Below are positions 1 to 9,640 of a stretch of DNA of 64,000 nucleotides, piece by piece. A program made the translations under genes and the position numbers. The stretch's first letter is position 1, and every line of letters begins with the position of its first letter. The DNA lies in NCBI GenBank assembly GCA_020054095.1, contig JAGVMA010000068.1, positions 77,955-141,954 of the forward strand. The letters run 5' to 3'. The notes under the pieces were generated by a model. That model saw nothing but the letters and a program-made list of their open reading frames with translations, had not been told where the DNA came from and ran no database searches. This DNA comes from Bacteroidia bacterium. GTDB taxonomy: Bacteria; Bacteroidota; Bacteroidia; JADZBD01.

Positions 1-802
1 CCCATTGGGGGGCGAAGTGCGCGACACCGATGTGCTTGATGAGGCAATGAAAGGAGTAGATTATGTTTTTCATTTAGCAGCCATGTGGCTTCTTCACTGT
101 AAAGATTTTCCGCGCACAGCATTTGATGTAAACATTGCAGGTACTTTTAATGTGCTTGAAGCATGCGTGCGAAATAATATTAAAAAATTAATTTATTCTT
201 CATCTGCCTCGGTTTATGGCGATGCAGTGGAAGTGCCAATGAGTGAAGAGCACCCTTTTAACAATAAAAATTTTTACGGAGCTACAAAAATTGCTGGCGA
301 AGCAATGTGCACTGCCTATAACGATAGATACGGATTATCCGTAATAGGGTTGCGTTATATGAATGTTTATGGTCCAGGGCAAGATCAGCACGCTGTTTAC
401 AGCGGTGTAGTCCCCATCATGTTAAATAAAATTGATGCAAACGAATCGCCCACAATAAATGGCGATGGCTCGCAGGCTTATGATTTTATATACGTGGAAG
501 ATGTTGCAAAAAGCAATGTAGCTGCTTTAAAAAGCGATACAAAATTTGGTTATTATAATGTAGGAACGGGAGTACAAACCACAATTAAAACTTTGTGCGA
601 TACAATTTTGAAATTAAAATCATCGGCACTAAAAGTAAACTATAAACCTTATAGCGCTGATGATGCACGCGCTTTGGTAAAAAACAGAATTGGATCAACA
701 CAAAAAGCAGAGTCGGAAATTGGGTTTAAGTACCAATATGGTTTAGAAGAAGGATTGATGCGATTGATTGAATGGAGAAAAAAAGCAGGGATTGGAAAAT
801 AA
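1..802 (+). CDS. NAD-dependent epimerase/dehydratase (extended SDR), 5'-truncated by window edge
   Basis: The reading frame is open to the window start. The N-terminal GxxGxxG motif lies outside the window. SSSASVYG and the catalytic YGATKIAGE (YxxxK) motif are present, as in nucleotide-sugar epimerases/dehydratases. Confidence 0.8.
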   Translation, partial: PLGGEVRDTDVLDEAMKGVDYVFHLAAMWLLHCKDFPRTAFDVNIAGTFNVLEACVRNNIKKLIYSSSASVYGDAVEVPMSEEHPFNNKNFYGATKIAGEAMCTAYNDRYGLSVIGLRYMNVYGPGQDQHAVYSGVVPIMLNKIDANESPTINGDGSQAYDFIYVEDVAKSNVAALKSDTKFGYYNVGTGVQTTIKTLCDTILKLKSSALKVNYKPYSADDARALVKNRIGSTQKAESEIGFKYQYGLEEGLMRLIEWRKKAGIGK

Positions 803-809
803 ATTGCAA

Positions 810-1676
810 ATGAAAATTTTAATTACAGGCGCAAGTGGCTATATCGGAACTAATCTGGTAAAGTCGCTATTGGCTGATGACTTAATCAAAATAGTTACGA
901 TAACACGATCTTCATTTGATTTATCTGCGCCCAATTATTCGAATATAAAATGTGATTTAGCAAACCCTGATTTTGATTCAATTCTACCGCCTTCAATAGA
1001 TGTAGTTATACATTTAGCGCAATCAAAAAAATACAGAAATTTTCCTGACGATGCTCGCGATGTATTTGATATTAACGTAATGGCTACTCAGCGATTATTA
1101 GAATGGGCGAAAAAAAACGGAGTTAAAAAATTTATTTTTGCATCTACGGGCAATGTTTATAAATCGCAAAACAAATTGCTGAACGAAATTGACGAGTGTT
1201 CGCCAATAGGTTTTTATGGCGCTACGAAATATGCTGCTGAGCAACTGGTGAATTCTTACAGTATTTTTTTTAGCACATGTATATTTAGAATTTTTGGCGT
1301 TTACGGACCCGGTCAGCAAAACATGACTGTGGTTAATATTTTAAATAAGGTAAAAAACAATGAAGAAGTTACTTTGGCTCAGGGAGAAGGGCTAAGTTTT
1401 TCGCCTCTTTATATTGATGATTGCGTGGGAATGATAAAAGAAGTAGTGTATCGTGAGAATAAATGCAAAATATATAATTTAGGTGGCGTGCAACCAATAA
1501 CAATTTTACATTTAACAAAATTAGCTGAGCGGGCGTTTAATACAAAATCAATATTGAAGCAAACAAATGATGAATTGTTATATTTAAAGTGCGATTCATC
1601 GCTATTTTGTAGCGAATATAATTTTAAGCACAAAGCAACTTTAGAAAAAGGAATTGAAAAAATTATAAATGGATAA
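810..1676 (+). CDS. NAD-dependent epimerase/dehydratase family protein
   Basis: I prefer ATG at 810 over the track start at 768, because the product then begins MKILITGASGYIG (a GxxGxxG Rossmann motif). The catalytic YGATKYAAE motif is present. The gap from the upstream stop is 7 nt. Confidence 0.8.
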   Translation: MKILITGASGYIGTNLVKSLLADDLIKIVTITRSSFDLSAPNYSNIKCDLANPDFDSILPPSIDVVIHLAQSKKYRNFPDDARDVFDINVMATQRLLEWAKKNGVKKFIFASTGNVYKSQNKLLNEIDECSPIGFYGATKYAAEQLVNSYSIFFSTCIFRIFGVYGPGQQNMTVVNILNKVKNNEEVTLAQGEGLSFSPLYIDDCVGMIKEVVYRENKCKIYNLGGVQPITILHLTKLAERAFNTKSILKQTNDELLYLKCDSSLFCSEYNFKHKATLEKGIEKIING

Positions 1677-2454
1677 AATTTTAAACACCGACTGGCTGAC
1701 TTGTCCGGTTACGAAAGAAAAACTCACATCTGAAAATGGCAAGTTGCTGTCGAGCAAATTTGAATACACAAATACAAATGGTTTCTGGAATTTTATTCCG
1801 AACAAACTCGAAGAATTAAACTCTCCGTTGTGGAAAGTCTGGAATCAATTACAGGACAATGGCGTTTCGTCATACAAAAATTCACCAACAAATAATTTAG
1901 GAGTAGGACCAAGAAAAGATTTTCTGCAGTTTGCTGAGTTCTGTAATTTTAATGGCTTAGTATTAGATGTAGGAGTGGGTCCGCAAAAAGCGCCATCACA
2001 CATTGAATATAATCAAAAAGCCGATGTGCAATTTGTAGGCATTGATCCATTGGAAGGACACCAACCCAGAGATTTTGCTTTTGTTCAAGGATTAGGAGAA
2101 TATCTACCATTTAAAAACGACCTATTTAATCAGGTATTGTTTGTTACTTCGCTCGATCATTTTATTGATCCAGTGATTGCACTGCAAGAAGCCGCAAGAG
2201 TAGTTATGCCTGATGGCGATATTTGCGTGTGGCTTGGCGAAAAAGATAAAAATGCACCAAAGCCGGCAACAAGCCCAGATTGGTATAAAGCATTACAGAT
2301 TCCGGAAGGCGCAGAAGACCCATTTCATTACCGCAGGTTCTCAGTAGTAGATTTTAAAACCTTTTTACCTAAAGCCAATCTTACAATAACAGAAGAAAAA
2401 ATAATAGAAGTAGATCAGTGGCGGAAAAATTGTTTTTATAGGTTAAAAAAATAA
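1669..2454 (+). CDS. class I SAM-dependent methyltransferase with Trm112-like N-terminal segment
   Basis: The start overlaps the upstream stop (ATGGATAA). There is an N-terminal DWLTCPVTKEKL segment. Motif I reads LVLDVGVGP, and LPFKNDLFNQVLFVTSLDH is typical of type-11 methyltransferases. Confidence 0.7.
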   Translation: MDKILNTDWLTCPVTKEKLTSENGKLLSSKFEYTNTNGFWNFIPNKLEELNSPLWKVWNQLQDNGVSSYKNSPTNNLGVGPRKDFLQFAEFCNFNGLVLDVGVGPQKAPSHIEYNQKADVQFVGIDPLEGHQPRDFAFVQGLGEYLPFKNDLFNQVLFVTSLDHFIDPVIALQEAARVVMPDGDICVWLGEKDKNAPKPATSPDWYKALQIPEGAEDPFHYRRFSVVDFKTFLPKANLTITEEKIIEVDQWRKNCFYRLKK

Positions 2455-2456
2455 GA

Positions 2457-3203
2457 ATGACCAACGCTGAAAAATATCATTTTGCTGATTTTACTACCGA
2501 TAACTACAATAAGCTTCTCAGGTTAGCAAAAAATAAATTTCAGTTCCGCTCTTTTACTGATTATAATCACCAAGACAACTTTGTTATCTGGCGCCACGAT
2601 GTTGATTTCTCGATGCACCGTGCACTAAAACTTGCTCGGATTGAAGCAGAAGAAAACATTAAATCTACCTATTGTGTTTTATTACATAGCGAATTTTACA
2701 ACTTACTTGAGAAAGAAATAACTGACTTGTTACATCAAATTATTTCCTTAGGTCATCACATTGGCCTTCATTTCGATAGTCATTATTACAATATATATTC
2801 TGAAGCGCAGCTCGAAGAGAAATTGATTTTCGAAAAAAAAATGATTGAAACTCTTTTTCAAGTTGAAGTACAGTGTTTTTCCTTTCACATTACAAACCCT
2901 TTTACGGTGGGTTGTAAAAATGAAATGTATGGAGGAATGGTAAATTGTTTTTCGGATTATTTTCAAACTAAAATAGAATATTGCTCTGATTCAAACGGTT
3001 ATTGGCGTTTTAAGCGGCTTGAAAATGTTTTACTAGACAACAATACAAAACAATTACAGGTGCTTACACATCCTGAATTGTGGCAAGACGAAATAATGTC
3101 ACCTAAAAAACGAGTTTACAGATGCGCTGATGAACGTGCTATGAAGATGAAAATTTGGTATGACAACACATTGGCAAATAATAATCGAAATAATATTGAT
3201 TAG
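2457..3203 (+). CDS. polysaccharide deacetylase-like protein (divergent)
   Basis: WRHDVDFS and GHHIGLHFDSH resemble the Asp/His metal-binding motifs of carbohydrate esterase-4-like deacetylases. The gene starts 2 nt after the upstream stop. The call rests on motif resemblance only. Confidence 0.4.
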   Translation: MTNAEKYHFADFTTDNYNKLLRLAKNKFQFRSFTDYNHQDNFVIWRHDVDFSMHRALKLARIEAEENIKSTYCVLLHSEFYNLLEKEITDLLHQIISLGHHIGLHFDSHYYNIYSEAQLEEKLIFEKKMIETLFQVEVQCFSFHITNPFTVGCKNEMYGGMVNCFSDYFQTKIEYCSDSNGYWRFKRLENVLLDNNTKQLQVLTHPELWQDEIMSPKKRVYRCADERAMKMKIWYDNTLANNNRNNID

Positions 3204-3205
3204 CA

Positions 3206-3991
3206 ATGTATAAAAATATAGTTCTATTTGGCGATACAGTAGGTGTGCCACAAATGATTAAGCATTTGCCAAAAGATAATCTAAAAGCAATTGTAGCAAG
3301 CGCAGTTCGCCCACAATATCACTCACAATTAGAACGTCTATCAAAAGACTTAAACATGAATTTTTTTATTCAACCACCTTTCGAATCAAAAAACTATCAA
3401 AACTTTTACAATTGGTTTGTGGATCAAAACTTTGATTTGCTAGTTTGCAATTGCTATTCGCTTATAATTAGGCCCGATATTTTACAAGCAATAAACTACA
3501 ATGCAATAAATATTCATTGGGCGCTACTTCCACTCAATCGTGGGCCTAATCCTACGCAATGGGCAATAATTAAGGGCGAAAAAAAAACTGGAGTTACCAT
3601 GCATTATATGACCGAAAGACTAGATGCCGGTGATATTATTTGTCAGTCATCAGAAAATATTAATGATGACGACACTTGGGTAACGATAAATAATCGGCTC
3701 TATTTATTATCAGATAAATTAATTGCTGAAAATATAAACTCCATTTTATTGGGTACAAATAAGCGCGAAAAACAAGATGATATACTTGCAACTGTAAATA
3801 CTCGCCTAACTGCCGACTTCCCTAAAATTAATTTTGCCACTATGAGTGATATTAAAATTTTTAATTTAATACGCGCACAAGTATCACCACTTACCGGAGC
3901 TTACTTTATGCTTGAAGATAAAAAAAAGTATTATAACAACTACTTAACATTGAAGGAAGTAGCCGACTTACGTTCTAAGTATGAATCTTAA
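3206..3991 (+). CDS. formyltransferase (sugar N-formyltransferase-like)
   Basis: HWALLPLNRGPNPTQWAIIKGEKKTGVTMHYMTERLDAGDII matches the catalytic core of Fmt/PurN-type N10-formyl-THF transferases. The 261-aa size and the glycan-operon context fit sugar N-formyltransferases. Confidence 0.8.
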   Translation: MYKNIVLFGDTVGVPQMIKHLPKDNLKAIVASAVRPQYHSQLERLSKDLNMNFFIQPPFESKNYQNFYNWFVDQNFDLLVCNCYSLIIRPDILQAINYNAINIHWALLPLNRGPNPTQWAIIKGEKKTGVTMHYMTERLDAGDIICQSSENINDDDTWVTINNRLYLLSDKLIAENINSILLGTNKREKQDDILATVNTRLTADFPKINFATMSDIKIFNLIRAQVSPLTGAYFMLEDKKKYYNNYLTLKEVADLRSKYES

Positions 3992-4697
3992 AGTGATTGC
4001 AATACATCAGCCTAATTTTTTTCCATGGCTTGGATATTTTGATAAAATAAACAAAGCCGATGCATTTGTTTATCTTGATCATGTTTTAATGAATCCGCGC
4101 ACTTCGAGTTATATAAAAAAAGTTTCGATTCTTGTAAATTCAATAGAGTTTAACTTTGTAATTCCGCTAAAAAACAAAAAAGAAATTACGTTTCAACCAA
4201 TTAATGAAATTGAAATTGATGTTAAATCAAAAGAAATAGGTAAAGCGAAAAAAACATTTGAGCTCAGTTACAAACGAGCACCTTTTTTTATTGAGGCTTA
4301 TGAATTGATGTCGGTTTTTTTTTCTGATTCATCTCCTTTGCTATCAGAAAGAAATCAAAAGTTTATTAAAACAACGTGCGATAAACTCGAAATTAATAAA
4401 CCCATGTTTTTAAGTAGTAAATTAAATTGTTCATATAGCTCTAACGAATTGCTTATAGAAATTGTAAAAAAACTTTACGGAACATGCTATATGCCGGGCG
4501 GTGGTGCCGATGAATATCAGCAAGACGAATTATTTATTAAAGCATCAGTTGATTTGAAATATCAAAATTTCGATCACCCGCTTTATAGTCAATTTAATTC
4601 AACTAAATTTGTTAAAGGCCTGTCTATATTAGATGTAATTGCTAATATTGGTATTAATGCCACTAAAGAGCTTTTACAAAAAAGCAAAAATGAATAA
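3981..4697 (+). CDS. WbqC-like family protein
   Basis: The N-terminus LKVIAIHQPNFFPWLGYFDKI is the hallmark opening of WbqC-family proteins from O-antigen loci. The gene overlaps the upstream gene by 11 nt. Confidence 0.7.
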   Translation: MNLKVIAIHQPNFFPWLGYFDKINKADAFVYLDHVLMNPRTSSYIKKVSILVNSIEFNFVIPLKNKKEITFQPINEIEIDVKSKEIGKAKKTFELSYKRAPFFIEAYELMSVFFSDSSPLLSERNQKFIKTTCDKLEINKPMFLSSKLNCSYSSNELLIEIVKKLYGTCYMPGGGADEYQQDELFIKASVDLKYQNFDHPLYSQFNSTKFVKGLSILDVIANIGINATKELLQKSKNE

Positions 4698-6009
4698 TAC
4701 TAAAAAACCAAATATACTTTATGTGGGACAAGCGTACTATAACCATTGGTACTTGTCTAGAGAGCTAAGAAAAAATGGCTTTAAGGCAGATTTAGTTCAT
4801 CTGCCAGGGTCTTCAAAAGACGAACACATGTATCGTGGTGCTGATTTTGTTTTGAGAAATTCAACTGAAAAAGAAAAAATTGCATCATTTATTTTTTATT
4901 TCTGGAGTTTGTTTGAATACGATATATTTCATTTCGCTAATACAAACAATATAAAATATATTGATTTTTTTGATGATGAATCAACAAATGTTTCGTTTTT
5001 TAAAAAGCAATCGTTTCGTTTTTGCAAAATGATATTCGATGGGTTTATTGCTAATAAACTATCGAGACTCTTTTTTCTGAAAAAACTAATTGGCGTAAAA
5101 GGAATTTATACACTGTTAAAGTATTATGCACCACTTTTGCCACACAGATGGGACATTTGGCTAATAAAAAAATTTGGAAAAAAAATAGTTTACACCAATA
5201 ATGGTTGCCATGATGGGGCATTACAAACTTCCTTTGCTAAATGGACAACTCCAACTGGCGAACCTGTATGTAATATTTGCACTTGGGTTAACGAACCGTC
5301 TGTTTGTTCAGACGAACGACAAAAAAAATGGGGAGAATTTAGAAATGCAGTAACTGATTATCAATGTTTGTTGGGAGGCAACAGAGTAGATTATAATGTA
5401 AGCAGTAAAGTACATGAAGTGCCACAGGTTTATTGTTTAGATAAAAATTTCTGGAATCCGGATATTCTAATTCCTACAAACTTTATACTTCCGTACAGTA
5501 GAAAAACGATTAAAATATTGCACGCTGTTGGCAATTTCTCTACTCGCTCACATGCTGGAAATAAATCTATAAAATCTACACATATTTACATTCCGCTAAT
5601 TGAACGAATCAAAGCAGAAGGCCATGATGTAGAGTTGATTTTTTTTACAGATATACCTAATTCACAAATGCGTTATTATCAATTGCAGGCAGACATAGTA
5701 GTGGACATGCTCTCGTTCGGTTTTTTTGGAGCTAATCTTAGAGAGGCGATGATGCTGGGCAAACCATGTATTTGTTACTTGCGTGATGAATGGATGGAGC
5801 AGACTAAAGCAGAAATTCAGGAATATGTAAACGAGTTGCCGATTGTAAATGCAAATGAAAATACTATTTATGATGTATTGGTTGATTTAATAAAAGATGA
5901 AAAAAAGCGAAATGAAATTGGTAAGCGAGGAAGAGAATTCGCAATTAAATGGCACTCTGCCGAGGCTGGTGCTGTAAAGATGGCTCAGATATACACTTCT
6001 CTTACTTAG
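4690..6009 (+). CDS. hypothetical protein, divergent GT-B glycosyltransferase-like C-terminal half
   Basis: I prefer ATG at 4690 (MNNTKKPNILYVGQ), which overlaps the WbqC stop as ATGAATAA. The C-terminal half (IKILHAVGNFS...ADIVVDMLSFGFFGANLREAMMLGKPCICYL) resembles the GT4-type nucleotide-sugar binding domain. The central part contains a Cys/His cluster. Confidence 0.4.
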   Translation: MNNTKKPNILYVGQAYYNHWYLSRELRKNGFKADLVHLPGSSKDEHMYRGADFVLRNSTEKEKIASFIFYFWSLFEYDIFHFANTNNIKYIDFFDDESTNVSFFKKQSFRFCKMIFDGFIANKLSRLFFLKKLIGVKGIYTLLKYYAPLLPHRWDIWLIKKFGKKIVYTNNGCHDGALQTSFAKWTTPTGEPVCNICTWVNEPSVCSDERQKKWGEFRNAVTDYQCLLGGNRVDYNVSSKVHEVPQVYCLDKNFWNPDILIPTNFILPYSRKTIKILHAVGNFSTRSHAGNKSIKSTHIYIPLIERIKAEGHDVELIFFTDIPNSQMRYYQLQADIVVDMLSFGFFGANLREAMMLGKPCICYLRDEWMEQTKAEIQEYVNELPIVNANENTIYDVLVDLIKDEKKRNEIGKRGREFAIKWHSAEAGAVKMAQIYTSLT

Positions 6010-6822
6010 CTATTTTTTTGCCGTTATGTAAAGATCAAGCCCCATTATTTTGGCAATATTATTTAAAAATTTTTCTCTTGGCCAGTACACCTCTTTTTTA
6101 AAGAGATGAAAATGATAGTTGTCAAAATTTTCTGATTTTATTTTTAAGAGAGTAAATGCACCAAATATTTTTTTGATTTCCTTTTTTGAATAAAAGTCAA
6201 CCACTGGTGCCGCCTCTCCTTTAATGTTTGCATCATACGAGCCACGTGTATATTCATCAAAATTTTTAAATGTCTTTTTTCTTTTGGCAACAAAAAATTT
6301 GTAAGGATTAGCAGCTAACCTTCTAAACGAGTTTTTGTTATAGAGCATAATGATTGCTGTTCCGTTATTTTTTAATACCCTATGCACTTCGCTCACAGAT
6401 TTTGCTGTATCGCCAGTATGATGTAAACATCCTATTGACACAACAATATCAAATGAAGAATCAGGAAATGGTAGATTTTTTGCATCTCCTTGTATGGCTT
6501 TTGCTGATGTGTTTCTGCTTATTTCTGCCCGATGATTAACCAGTTCTACTGGATTTTTTGCATAATCTATGCCGGTATATTGCGCTGCATTTTCAAAAAT
6601 ATATTGACTAAGTGTGCCAAATCCAAGACCTATCTCAAGCGTGTTTGTATTTTTTAATACTTCAATAGGCACATGTTTTTTTAAGTATGGGTACATATTT
6701 AAATAATAATTGTCAAATATTTTTAATGATTCCCTATTTATTTCTTTTAATCCTAAAAACTGAAATAAGTGAGTGCCACACAGCTCGTCCCAAAAATCTT
6801 TGTTTGTATTTATATTATCCAT
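6010..6822 (-). CDS. class I SAM-dependent methyltransferase
   Basis: Motif I reads TLEIGLGFGTLS, and LPFPDSSFDIVVSIGCLHHTGD is also present. The track start at 6831 is a TTG lying inside a TAcTTTTG box, so ATG at 6822 is preferred. The gene is convergent with the glycan operon. Confidence 0.75.
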   Translation of the reverse strand: MDNINTNKDFWDELCGTHLFQFLGLKEINRESLKIFDNYYLNMYPYLKKHVPIEVLKNTNTLEIGLGFGTLSQYIFENAAQYTGIDYAKNPVELVNHRAEISRNTSAKAIQGDAKNLPFPDSSFDIVVSIGCLHHTGDTAKSVSEVHRVLKNNGTAIIMLYNKNSFRRLAANPYKFFVAKRKKTFKNFDEYTRGSYDANIKGEAAPVVDFYSKKEIKKIFGAFTLLKIKSENFDNYHFHLFKKEVYWPREKFLNNIAKIMGLDLYITAKK

Positions 6823-6881
6823 CAGGTGCAAAAGTAAATATTTAACTAAAAGTTTAAACTGAAAAAACTATATACATTAAT

Positions 6882-7604
6882 TTATTTAACGCTCAATATT
6901 TCTATCAGCAGTTTATTTATTTCCTCGCCTTTTGTTAGCATCATCATGTGCGAGCCATTTTTTATCACATAATTGACTTTCACGTTTTTTATTGGAATAG
7001 TGTGGTCGTTGTCGCCATGTATGTGAATTATTTTGTTGCTATATGTAGTTCGTTCCCAATTAATAATCATATTAACGGTGCGTTTTAAATATTTTCTGTT
7101 TTTTGCACGTAACATTTTTTTAAATGTGTCCTTGTTTTTATTTCTGTCAGGTTCCACAATGGGCTGTAAAATTTTTGCGCCACCTTTTATCATAAATGCC
7201 GGTGTTGCTTTGTTTAGCGGTATCGCTTTCTGAAATTTATATCTGCGCGGCAATTCGTTCCTGCATTTTGCGCTTGAAATAATAATGGTTTTTATTGGGC
7301 GTAAAAATTCTGCAATCTCTACACATAACATTCCGCCAAGCGAAACGCCTATTAAAATAAATGGTTTTGTGGTATCAATTTGAGCACTGATAATTTTTGC
7401 ATATTCTTTTAGTGTAGTTTTTTTAGCAGGAATAGGGTAGGTGATGTGCCTCTTTATTACATAGTTGCTGTCAAGTGTAATTTTTTCAAAAATGCGGTAA
7501 TCAGAACCCTGACCAGGGAAGAGGTAAACATTGGTTTTTTGTTTTTGAGAAAATGTGTAGAGTGAAAAAAATAACGACAGAGCAAATGCGAGAATTATGC
7601 GCAT
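6882..7604 (-). CDS. alpha/beta hydrolase, secreted
   Basis: There is a signal peptide, a GVSLGG nucleophile elbow (GxSxG) and a late HGDNDHTIP His motif. The ATG shares one base with the pyrF stop (TAATG). Confidence 0.6.
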   Translation of the reverse strand: MRIILAFALSLFFSLYTFSQKQKTNVYLFPGQGSDYRIFEKITLDSNYVIKRHITYPIPAKKTTLKEYAKIISAQIDTTKPFILIGVSLGGMLCVEIAEFLRPIKTIIISSAKCRNELPRRYKFQKAIPLNKATPAFMIKGGAKILQPIVEPDRNKNKDTFKKMLRAKNRKYLKRTVNMIINWERTTYSNKIIHIHGDNDHTIPIKNVKVNYVIKNGSHMMMLTKGEEINKLLIEILSVK

Positions 7605-8434
7605 TAAGCAAGTTGATATTTATTTAAAATGGCTTCCATTTCTGCTTGCATTTTTTTTGCTTCTGCTTTTGCAGCATCTGCAAAGTCATCGTTGCTTGAT
7701 GCGTAAATTATGCTGCGCGATGCGTTTACGAGCAATCCACATTCTTTTGTGATTCCGTGTTTTGCAACATCTTGTAAACTTCCGCCTTGAGCGCCCACAC
7801 CCGGAACAAGTAGAAAATGATGCGGTACTATTTCACGAATTTTTGTGAGCATTTCGGCTTTAGTTGCGCCCACCACATACATGGTGTTATTATCTGTTCC
7901 CCATTTTTGTGTTTTTCGCAATACGGTTTCAAATAAATTTTCGTCATTTATTTTCTCTGTCTGAAAATCGTAAGCGCCTTTGTTAGATGTAAGCGCAAGT
8001 ATAATTGCCCATTTTTTTTCGTAAGCTAAAAAAGGTGATACAGAATCTTCACCCATGTAAGGTGCAACGGTAACAGCATCGCAATTCATCCCCGAAAAAA
8101 ACGCACGGGCATACATATCGCTTGTGTTGCCAATATCGCCACGCTTTGCATCAGCAATTACAAAAACATCGGGTGCAGTTTGTTTTATGTAGTCAACTGT
8201 TTTTTCTAATGCTTCCCAGCCGGCTGCGCCCATGCTTTCGTAAAAAGCTGTATTGGGTTTGTAGGCAACACATAGCTGATGAGTAGCATCAATTATCTGT
8301 TTGTTATAATCAAAAATGGGGTCAGCGGTATTTTTTACAAAATTGCGCGGCAGTTTTTGCACATCAATATCAAGACCAATGCATAGGAACGATTTTTTTC
8401 GTTTTATGTTTTCAAAAAGTTCTCGCTTTGTCAT
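7604..8434 (-). CDS. pyrF: orotidine 5'-phosphate decarboxylase
   Basis: The product is a 276-aa type-2 ODCase. [10 protein letters not shown] and the DxKxxD motif in [11 protein letters not shown] are present, as is the C-terminal [11 protein letters not shown] phosphate-binding loop. Confidence 0.9.
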   Translation of the reverse strand: MTKRELFENIKRKKSFLCIGLDIDVQKLPRNFVKNTADPIFDYNKQIIDATHQLCVAYKPNTAFYESMGAAGWEALEKTVDYIKQTAPDVFVIADAKRGDIGNTSDMYARAFFSGMNCDAVTVAPYMGEDSVSPFLAYEKKWAIILALTSNKGAYDFQTEKINDENLFETVLRKTQKWGTDNNTMYVVGATKAEMLTKIREIVPHHFLLVPGVGAQGGSLQDVAKHGITKECGLLVNASRSIIYASSNDDFADAAKAEAKKMQAEMEAILNKYQLA

Positions 8435-8457
8435 GATATTTGAATTAAAAATTTGAC

Positions 8458-9534
8458 TTATATCGTTACTCCGCCTTCTTTTAGTCGCTCTGCATTTTCT
8501 GCTACTTGCAGTGCATCAATAAATTCTTGTATATCGCCATTAACAAATGCTGTTAAATTATAACTCGTTAAACCTATTCGGTGGTCGGTAACTCGGTTTT
8601 GCGGATAATTATAGGTTCTGATTTTTGCTGATCGGTCGCCTGATGAAACCATTGTTTTTCTGCGAGCAGCAACTTCAGCCAAATGTTTTTGTAACTTCTC
8701 TTCGTAAAGCTTTGTGCGTAGCATTTGCAATGCCATTTCGCGGTTAGCGTGCTGCGAGCGTGCAACCTGACAAACGATAACAATACCACTTGGCTTATGC
8801 GTGAGTTGCACTTTTGTTTCCACCTTATTTACGTTTTGTCCGCCTGCTCCACTCGAACGTGCTGTTTGGTATTCTAAATCGGCAGGATTAATATACACAT
8901 CCACTTCATCAGCTTCGGGTAACACCACTACAGTAGCAGCCGAAGTGTGCACACGGCCCTGTGTCTCAGTATCGGGCACACGCTGCACACGGTGCACACC
9001 CGATTCAAATTTGAGAATGCCATACGCATTATCGCCTATCGCATTAAAAATAACTTCTTTGTAACCGCCCATTGTGCCATCCGAAACATCTACCACTTCT
9101 ACTTTTAGTCCTCTTGTTTCGCAATAGCGAGTGTACATGCGGTAAAGGTCTCCGGCAAAAATACTTGCTTCATCGCCACCGGTTCCTGCTCTTATTTCCA
9201 CCACAGCATTGCGCGCGTCTTCGGGGTCTTTTGGCACCATTAGTTGCCTGATGGTGTCTTCTAATTTTATTTTTCGTGGCTCTAATTCTTCTAAATCAAG
9301 TTTAGCCATTTCTCGCATTTCGGCATCTTTTTCAGTAACTAAAACATCTTTGTTAAAATCAATATTGCCCACCACCGTTTTGTATTCTTCAAATGTGGTA
9401 ACTATATCACCTAAATCTTTATACTCTTTATTGAGTTTTGAAAATTGCCGCATATCGGCAATAATCTTCGGGTCGGATAATTGCTGCTCCACTTCTTGCC
9501 AACGTCTTTTTATGGCTTCTAATTTTTCTATCAT
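8458..9534 (-). CDS. prfA: peptide chain release factor 1
   Basis: The GGQ motif is present ([15 protein letters not shown]), along with [21 protein letters not shown] in the RF1-type tripeptide region. ATG at 9534 ([12 protein letters not shown]) is preferred over the TTG at 9543. Confidence 0.95.
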   Translation of the reverse strand: MIEKLEAIKRRWQEVEQQLSDPKIIADMRQFSKLNKEYKDLGDIVTTFEEYKTVVGNIDFNKDVLVTEKDAEMREMAKLDLEELEPRKIKLEDTIRQLMVPKDPEDARNAVVEIRAGTGGDEASIFAGDLYRMYTRYCETRGLKVEVVDVSDGTMGGYKEVIFNAIGDNAYGILKFESGVHRVQRVPDTETQGRVHTSAATVVVLPEADEVDVYINPADLEYQTARSSGAGGQNVNKVETKVQLTHKPSGIVIVCQVARSQHANREMALQMLRTKLYEEKLQKHLAEVAARRKTMVSSGDRSAKIRTYNYPQNRVTDHRIGLTSYNLTAFVNGDIQEFIDALQVAENAERLKEGGVTI

Positions 9535-9640
9535 GGCGCGCAAATTTAATTAAACATTGGCTACTAATGCCCTTTTTTTATAATGTGAGGGTTTTTATTT
9601 ATAAATATTTTTTACCACTTTTACATAGATTAAACTGCCC

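Noticed and set aside
768-809. N-terminal extensions proposed by the ORF track (768, 4639, 27106, 30416, 38787, 50873, 61212, 62978, 9543, 6831).
   Set aside because: In each case an internal ATG gives a canonical N-terminus (Rossmann motif, signal peptide or lipobox) and removes overlap with the upstream gene, terminator or promoter box. Several of the extended 'starts' are TTG or GTG inside TAnnTTTG boxes.
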